Origin: Aliivibrio fischeri ES114 | Lineage (GTDB): Bacteria; Pseudomonadota; Gammaproteobacteria; Enterobacterales; Vibrionaceae | Strand: one strand, 5' to 3' | NCBI RefSeq assembly: GCF_000011805.1 | Contig: NC_006840.2 | DNA length: 32,000 bases | Part shown: piece by piece, positions 27,901 through 32,000 of the stretch | Position numbering within the stretch: the stretch's first letter is position 1 | Layout of the letters: every line of letters begins with the position of its first letter | Translations under genes and position numbers: made by a program | The notes under the pieces: model-generated | What the model saw: the letters and a program-made list of their open reading frames with translations, nothing else | What the model was told of the DNA's origin: nothing | Database searches by the model: none

Positions 27901-28361
27901 TACCCAAAGTCTTGCGCTAAATTAGGCGCAACCAGATCGAGTCCCATGGTGATCCCTCGCAATTGCAAAGCGATATAAGGAAGAATCCCGATGACGGCAA
28001 TGATGGTTATAACCCCAGCAAGACCTTGCGATTTCCCATAACGTGCTGCAATAAAATCAGCTATTGAAGTGATGTGCTCACGCTTGGCAATCAAAATAAT
28101 ACGAGCCAAAAAACGCCATGCAAAAACAAACACAAAAATAGGAGCAAGATAAATAGGAAGAAAAGACCACGGGTTATTAGTGGCTTGGCCTACGGTGCCA
28201 TAAAAGGTCCATGAGGTGCAGTAAACAGCAATTGAAAGGCTATAAATCCATGGGCGGTATTGAGCTAACCACCCTTTTTGACGATCACCATACCAGGCAA
28301 TTAAAAATAACAATCCCAAATACGCCAGCGAAACTGGCACCACAATCCATCCTTGTGTCAT
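24921..28361 (-). CDS. crbS: Hybrid sensor histidine kinase with N-terminal SLC5/SSS-like transporter domain (CrbS/CbrA-type)
   Basis: About 1146 aa. An N-terminal 13-TM SSS-like domain (ITSIADFIAARYGKS), a cytoplasmic linker, and a PAS-like segment. H-box AAVSHDLMQPLNAA, HATPase (DNGIGIPEEKQQAIFDEFTR, GLGLGLAI), and a C-terminal receiver (VLCVDNEPDIL...FSDYRLD). The ORF-track start 28364 is GTG; ATG 28361 has AAGGA 6 nt upstream. Confidence 0.8.
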   Translation of the reverse strand: MTQGWIVVPVSLAYLGLLFLIAWYGDRQKGWLAQYRPWIYSLSIAVYCTSWTFYGTVGQATNNPWSFLPIYLAPIFVFVFAWRFLARIILIAKREHITSIADFIAARYGKSQGLAGVITIIAVIGILPYIALQLRGITMGLDLVAPNLAQDFGYQDGHISWFVGAALAIFTILFGTRHIDTTEHHRGLMMAVAFESIVKLVAFLMVGVFILYLAYSEPKVDLFSIAKETYQSPNVITLLFHTILTMAAIVCLPRQFHTTVVENEQAQDLRTARWVFPSYLVLIGLFVLPISWAGQVLLSGGVSDSFVISVPLSVGAENMALLAFVGGTSAASGMVIVSTIALAIMVSNDLVLPLLLRKVKTTSRTFSHFSHLLVSIRRALILLLLLGAWGFYQALDSIDSLSVIGLLAFAAIAQFAPALIGGLYWRQGNRKGVYAGLIIGFLVWLITLMSQTQMLAGSAENNFLLWVITPPEWLQSLNVMTSDWGMMLSLSLNSILFILVSLVTRASLSERLQAASFVGAPLPENEDVSVYQTRVTVGELEMLASRFVGRRRAQKAFRQFSNQQGETLQPQQQASSALIRHTERVLAGVFGASSSRLVLTSALQGRNMQLEEVATIVDEASELYDFSRGLLQGAIEHISQGIAVVDKQMKLVAWNQRYLELFTFPPGLIQVGRPIADVIRHNAEQGLCGPGDPEMHVKRRVEHLERRTRHVSSRVRADGQVIEVQGNPMPNGGFVMSFTDITVFRQAEKALKETNETLESRVHERTKELEKLNQRLVGATQSAELASQSKTRLLAAVSHDLMQPLNAARLFASSLNEVAKDQETQKISGHIESALGAAEELIGDLLDISRLEAGKLETHIQGFSLGALFSNLEAEFGALAKQQDIDFSVIHSDVVVESDSKLLRRVVQNFLTNAFRYNPQGKVVLGARRVGDQIRIDVWDNGIGIPEEKQQAIFDEFTRVDQSRADQGLGLGLAIARGISHVLGHTISLRSWLDKGSVFSVTLERGVLVESKMPTVTPKLELPLSGVRVLCVDNEPDILVGMESLISRWGCEVKTATDLFGSLHCLEGDWIPDVIFSDYRLDNDRTGLEVLQQCRLRLGNQFEGVMISADKTEELLDSIKSNGFGFISKPVKPLKLRAVLNRHVRS

Positions 28362-28394
28362 CACTCATCCTTGGTGAGACCATTCTAGCGATAT

Positions 28395-28439
28395 AAAAAA
28401 CGCCAGAAGGTGCATTTATTCTGTAGCACCATTCTAGCG
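28395..28439 (-). terminator. Rho-independent terminator after the HcaT-like gene, 33 nt upstream of the crbS start codon
   Basis: Minus strand reads CGCUAGAAUGGUGC-uacagaauaaau-GCACCUUCUGGCG-UUUUUU. Stem is 13 bp with one bulge and one G-U. Confidence 0.65.
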
Positions 28440-28480
28440 TTTAATTATTGCTTCGTTTTTATACAAGCTGACAAATGTGA

Positions 28481-29623
28481 TTAAGACTTCACTTTATCGA
28501 GTTTAATCAACAAAGCGAATACCCCCATCGCTGCCATCAACCAGAATATATTCGCTCCCCACGCTTCGTACCCCCAACCACTTAAGGTTGTCATTAACGC
28601 GATAAATGCACCAAGCGGAATCGCATTATATAACGCTTGTAATGCCACCATTTTATTTTGTGGGAATTTTTGAATGTATTGAATTGCTGCAAGGTGAGCC
28701 ATTGCGAATGTCACGCCATGTAAGGCTTGCACTAATACCAAAGCAAATAATTCTGTCGTTGCAGCAGTTAATCCCCAACGAATCACAACACCAATAGCAG
28801 CAACTTTAAATAAGGTTGATGTTTTCCAACCTGCAAATAATTGCTTACTAAACGCAAATACCATCACTTCAGCAACAACACCTAAGCTCCATAAATAACC
28901 AATGGTACTTTCTTGGTAACCAGATTCTTTCCAATAAATTGAACTAAAACTGTAATACGCTGCATGACTACCTTGAATTAATGCCACCAACACAATGAAT
29001 TTCACAATTGGAGCTTCAGTTAATAGAGCTAATAATTTTGGTCGTTCATTATCTTCATCTGATACCGATACTGGCATTGGATTAGGATTTCGCATAACTA
29101 ACACTAACGCCGCTAATATACCGGCAATCGCCGTGTAGACGATCATATCGGTACCAAAACCCGATACCAAATAACCAACAACAGTGGAACCTGCAATAAA
29201 ACTAACAGAGCCCCACAAACGCGTACGCCCATAATCTAATAAGTTATTTTTCGCGTAATAGTTCGTCATCGCATCGGATAACGGAACCGCTGGACCACAA
29301 GATAAATTGAATAAAACAGTAACGATAGCAAGCCACCAAAAGCTCGCCCCATTAACTAAAAAGAGAGCAAGGGCTATCAAAGAAGCTAAGGTTAATAATC
29401 GCAATGCAGGTACTATGTGTTCAACGCGATGCAACCTTGGTGTAATAACCAAATTAGCAACACAACGAGTTGCAAAACCTAACCCAATAAGAACACCAAT
29501 ATCTCCGGCAGAAACACCTTGTTCTTCAAACCATAACGCCCAAAAAGGTAAATAAACCCCATAAGCAAAAAAGAATCCGCCAAAATATTGAGAGATCCAA
29601 GCAAAAGGTGAAACCCGTAACAT
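28481..29623 (-). CDS. MFS transporter, HcaT-like (3-phenylpropionate/LacY-like subfamily)
   Basis: About 380 aa. YGVYLPFW.LW, DYGRTRLWGSVSFIAGS, QGSHAAYYSFSSIYW and GYLWSLGVVAEV closely parallel E. coli HcaT (from memory). The first 41 codons of the ORF-track model (to 29746) are non-homologous, so the start is set at ATG 29623 (MLRVSPFAW...). Confidence 0.78.
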   Translation of the reverse strand: MLRVSPFAWISQYFGGFFFAYGVYLPFWALWFEEQGVSAGDIGVLIGLGFATRCVANLVITPRLHRVEHIVPALRLLTLASLIALALFLVNGASFWWLAIVTVLFNLSCGPAVPLSDAMTNYYAKNNLLDYGRTRLWGSVSFIAGSTVVGYLVSGFGTDMIVYTAIAGILAALVLVMRNPNPMPVSVSDEDNERPKLLALLTEAPIVKFIVLVALIQGSHAAYYSFSSIYWKESGYQESTIGYLWSLGVVAEVMVFAFSKQLFAGWKTSTLFKVAAIGVVIRWGLTAATTELFALVLVQALHGVTFAMAHLAAIQYIQKFPQNKMVALQALYNAIPLGAFIALMTTLSGWGYEAWGANIFWLMAAMGVFALLIKLDKVKS

Positions 29624-29829
29624 GATGATGTCCAAAAGGAAGTAAAAAGAGGCGGTTATTATGGCATCGTATTGATTTATAAAAAGGGAAAATAGAACAA
29701 GAAGAAAAATGCACCTTTTAAAATGTGACTTTGGTTTCATATTCATACCAATCTCCTAGACTAAAGTCGTCTTCATTCTTGCTCACTTTTTCATGAAAAT
29801 AAGGGAAATTGCTGACTAAGGATGGGGCC

Positions 29830-31662
29830 ATGCCAAATGACATTAACTTCTCACTTGCTCCGTTTAACCGACTAACTTCAGAGCAACAAGAAATAATCAC
29901 AAAAAGTACGGATATTGCTTACTTTCGAGTAGGCGATACGATTATTCACGAAGGTCAAACGTCAGACAATCTCTTCATCATAATGAAAGGATCCGTTGAA
30001 GAGCGCTCAGATACCAGTGGGGAAATTTATGCCCACTACACCCATGACGATATTTTTGATGTGCGCTCTCAATTTGAACATCAAGTAAGACACAGTTATA
30101 TCGCTCTAGAAGATACCCTTTGCCACCTGCTTCCTACTCAACTTTTTCTTAATTTATATAATGAAAATCAAACCTTTTCTGACTACTTCAATAGCAGCCT
30201 AGCGAAACGAAAAGCCTTACTCACTCAAGCTAATCAGCAACAGAACTTAGCCGAATTTATTCTCACAAAAGTCGATGATGAAACAACTCAACAATGCCTT
30301 ATCGTAGATAGGAATACTCCCTTACAACAAGTCACTCAACTTCTGAAAGACAATAACATGGATGCGTTATTTGTTGAGTTAAACCAATATGATACTCGTC
30401 ATCAAGAAACTCAGAACAATTTACCTTTTGGTATTGTCACTCGAACAGACTTACTACACGCCATCATGATTGATGGGTATGCGGCAAACCATCCTGTAGG
30501 AGCGATTGCAACTTATCCTATTGTGCATATTCAACAACAATATTATTTGTTTAATGCCATGATGCTAATGACACGCCACCACATAAAAAGAGTTGCAGTA
30601 CTAAATAAAAACAAACTGGTTGGCATGCTGGATATGACGCAAGTGCTAAGCCTATTTTCAACTCACTCACATGTTCTTACCTTAAGAATTGCTCGCGCCG
30701 AACATATTGATGAGCTTGTCTTAGCAGCAAATACTCAAACTCAACTCGTAGAGACCTTAATCAATAACGGCATTCGAACGCGTTTCATTATGGAACTTAT
30801 TTCAACGGTAAATGAGCAGATCATCGAAAAAGCATTTAGCCTAGTGGTACCCAAAAGCTTACATGATCATTGCTGCCTGATTGTGATGGGGTCAGAAGGT
30901 CGAGGTGAGCAAATTTTAAAAACCGATCAAGATAATGCACTGATCATAAAAAATGGTCTTGAATGGCATAACTTACCCGAATTAATGAACCAATTTACGC
31001 ATACCTTACAGCAACTCGGTTATCCATTGTGCAAGGGAAATGTGATGGTCAGTAACCCTCTTTGGGTAAAAACAGAACATCAATGGGAGAAACATATTCA
31101 GAAACTGTGTGCCGAACCAAACACTGATAATATGATGAATCTCGCTATTTTCTCAGATGCTCAAGCTGTTGCAGGAAATCAAGCACTACTGTCTCCACTA
31201 AAGCAAATATTGATATCCAAACTCAAAGAGAATGAGATTGCTCTCAGTACTTTTTCTCGACCAGCCCTTCAATTTAATCTGCCATTAACATTTTTTGGAA
31301 ATATCAAAACAAAAAAAGAAGGGATTGATATTAAGCAAGGAGGCATATTCCCCATCGTTCATGGAATTCGAGCGCTATCTTTAGAGCAAGGTATTGAAGA
31401 AACAAACACGTTTAAACGTATCGATGCACTACGTAAACACAACGTATTAGAGCACTCTACAGCAGATAATTTAAATGAAGCACTAAAGTTGTTTTTTAAG
31501 TGGCGTTTGCGCCATCAACTACAAGAAAAAACTGGTATTCCAAGTAACCATATTCATATTGACCGCCTCGACCGTACTGAGCGAGACCTCTTACGCCACA
31601 GCTTACACATAGTAAAAAAGTTCAAAGAATGGCTTGGTTATCATTACCAAATAAGGGATTAA
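29830..31662 (+). CDS. cNMP-binding / tandem CBS / DUF294 nucleotidyltransferase-fold protein
   Basis: About 610 aa. N-terminal cyclic-nucleotide-binding-like beta-roll (FRVGDTIIHEGQTSDNLFIIMKGSVEE), a CBS pair (...HHIKRVAVLNKNKLVGMLDMTQVL), then the pol-beta NTase motif MGSEGRGEQILKTDQDNALII (GS-x9-13-D-x-D) and a helical C-terminal domain. The ORF-track start 29809 is TTG; ATG 29830 has AAGGA 7 nt upstream. Confidence 0.8.
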   Translation: MPNDINFSLAPFNRLTSEQQEIITKSTDIAYFRVGDTIIHEGQTSDNLFIIMKGSVEERSDTSGEIYAHYTHDDIFDVRSQFEHQVRHSYIALEDTLCHLLPTQLFLNLYNENQTFSDYFNSSLAKRKALLTQANQQQNLAEFILTKVDDETTQQCLIVDRNTPLQQVTQLLKDNNMDALFVELNQYDTRHQETQNNLPFGIVTRTDLLHAIMIDGYAANHPVGAIATYPIVHIQQQYYLFNAMMLMTRHHIKRVAVLNKNKLVGMLDMTQVLSLFSTHSHVLTLRIARAEHIDELVLAANTQTQLVETLINNGIRTRFIMELISTVNEQIIEKAFSLVVPKSLHDHCCLIVMGSEGRGEQILKTDQDNALIIKNGLEWHNLPELMNQFTHTLQQLGYPLCKGNVMVSNPLWVKTEHQWEKHIQKLCAEPNTDNMMNLAIFSDAQAVAGNQALLSPLKQILISKLKENEIALSTFSRPALQFNLPLTFFGNIKTKKEGIDIKQGGIFPIVHGIRALSLEQGIEETNTFKRIDALRKHNVLEHSTADNLNEALKLFFKWRLRHQLQEKTGIPSNHIHIDRLDRTERDLLRHSLHIVKKFKEWLGYHYQIRD

Positions 31663-31665
31663 ACG

Positions 31666-32000
31666 ATGAATTATTTACAACGATTATGGTGGCAATATAA
31701 GTTACGATCCCATAAAAACTTATCTCTTTTTCATCATTATTCTGGCGATGAGTTGGTGTCTATTGATTGTGAAACAACGAGTCTAAACCCCAACCATGCC
31801 GAATTGGTTTCTATTGCTGCTATCAAAATTAAAAATAATAGAGTGTTAACCAGTCAGACAATTCATTTAAAGCTGACGCCACCACAAAGCCTAAACTCCG
31901 ATTCAATCAAAATACACCAATTAAGGCATCAAGATCTCCATCATGGGCTATCCGAACAACAAGCGATGACTCAATTGCTTGAATTTATCGGTAATCGCCA
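31666..32000 (+). CDS. DEDD-family 3'-5' exonuclease (DnaQ/PolIII-epsilon-like), 5' part only (runs off window)
   Basis: Not in the ORF track because it is truncated. The ATG at 31666 lies 3 nt after the upstream stop, and translation gives MNYLQRLWW...LVSIDCETTSLNPNHAELVSIAAIKI.... DCETTSL is the ExoI (DxE) motif of DEDD exonucleases. Confidence 0.72.
   Translation, partial: MNYLQRLWWQYKLRSHKNLSLFHHYSGDELVSIDCETTSLNPNHAELVSIAAIKIKNNRVLTSQTIHLKLTPPQSLNSDSIKIHQLRHQDLHHGLSEQQAMTQLLEFIGNR

Noticed and set aside
29624-29746. 41-codon N-terminal extension of the HcaT-like MFS ORF (MNMKPKSHFKRCIFLL...)
   Set aside because: The similarity to HcaT begins at MLRVSPFAW (ATG 29623). The extension would add a non-homologous hydrophobic segment and eat into the divergent promoter region. 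It was treated as an ORF-finder artefact, though an N-terminal extension cannot be strictly excluded without proteomic or TSS data.
21383-29900. Embedded ORFs in crbR, the SSS gene, crbS and the HcaT-like gene (for example 21383..21574, 23201..23557, 23925..24137, 24059..24277, 24183..24434, 25760..26131, 26651..26872, 27283..27528, 28211..28396, 28606..28797, 29307..29555, 29526..29714, 29718..29900)
   Set aside because: Same reasoning: all are nested within or antisense to motif-supported CDSs, with no independent start signals. The longest (123 aa, antisense to crbS) has no domain-like features.
1-32000. Window-wide look for CRISPR arrays, tRNA/rRNA genes, IS elements, integrases, toxin-antitoxin or defence-system genes
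   Set aside because: No repeat-spacer periodicity, no cloverleaf-like GC-rich segments, no terminal inverted repeats flanking a transposase-like ORF, and every ORF over 60 aa outside known genes is accounted for as spurious. The window reads as conserved core chromosome, not an accessory island.

Overview
AT-rich (about 40% G+C by eye) chromosomal segment whose gene content and order look like core Vibrionaceae genome (Aliivibrio/Vibrio-like); the organism call is inference only. I support 27 protein-coding genes (the last is cut by the window edge), about 10 intrinsic terminators and a few operator-like sites. I saw no rRNA, tRNA, CRISPR array, IS/transposon/integrase, phage genes or obvious defence island. 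Left to right: aspA-dcuA (C4-dicarboxylate/aspartate), a Usp protein, dsbD, nagB, a minus-strand arsR-gapdh-CX5R phosphatase-arsJ arsenate cluster, a GAF-GGDEF cyclase convergent with a POTRA-less Omp85-like barrel, ndh, a Zur-controlled divergon (znuA <-> znuC-znuB-Cam-type gamma-carbonic anhydrase-COG0523 GTPase), glmS with a DeoR/GlmR-like regulator, and an acetate-switch-type neighbourhood (CrbR-like regulator, MarC, DUF4212+SSS symporter, CrbS-like hybrid kinase, HcaT-like MFS, cNMP/CBS/DUF294 nucleotidyltransferase plus DEDD exonuclease). I did not find a clearly new multi-gene system. The least-described biology here is: (1) the CX5R phosphatase and an intrinsic terminator embedded in the GAPDH/ArsJ cluster, under an ArsR lacking the classical As(III) site; (2) the uncharacterised DUF294 nucleotidyltransferase/exonuclease pair; (3) a terminator plus 12-bp direct repeat abutting the crbS start; (4) an 11-mer shared by both intergenic regions flanking the glmS regulator; (5) several long perfect inverted repeats in intergenic DNA. 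Several ORF-track starts are GTG/TTG codons lying inside or upstream of Shine-Dalgarno sequences, and I moved them to the downstream ATG. All family assignments come from reading motifs by eye, with no searches run.
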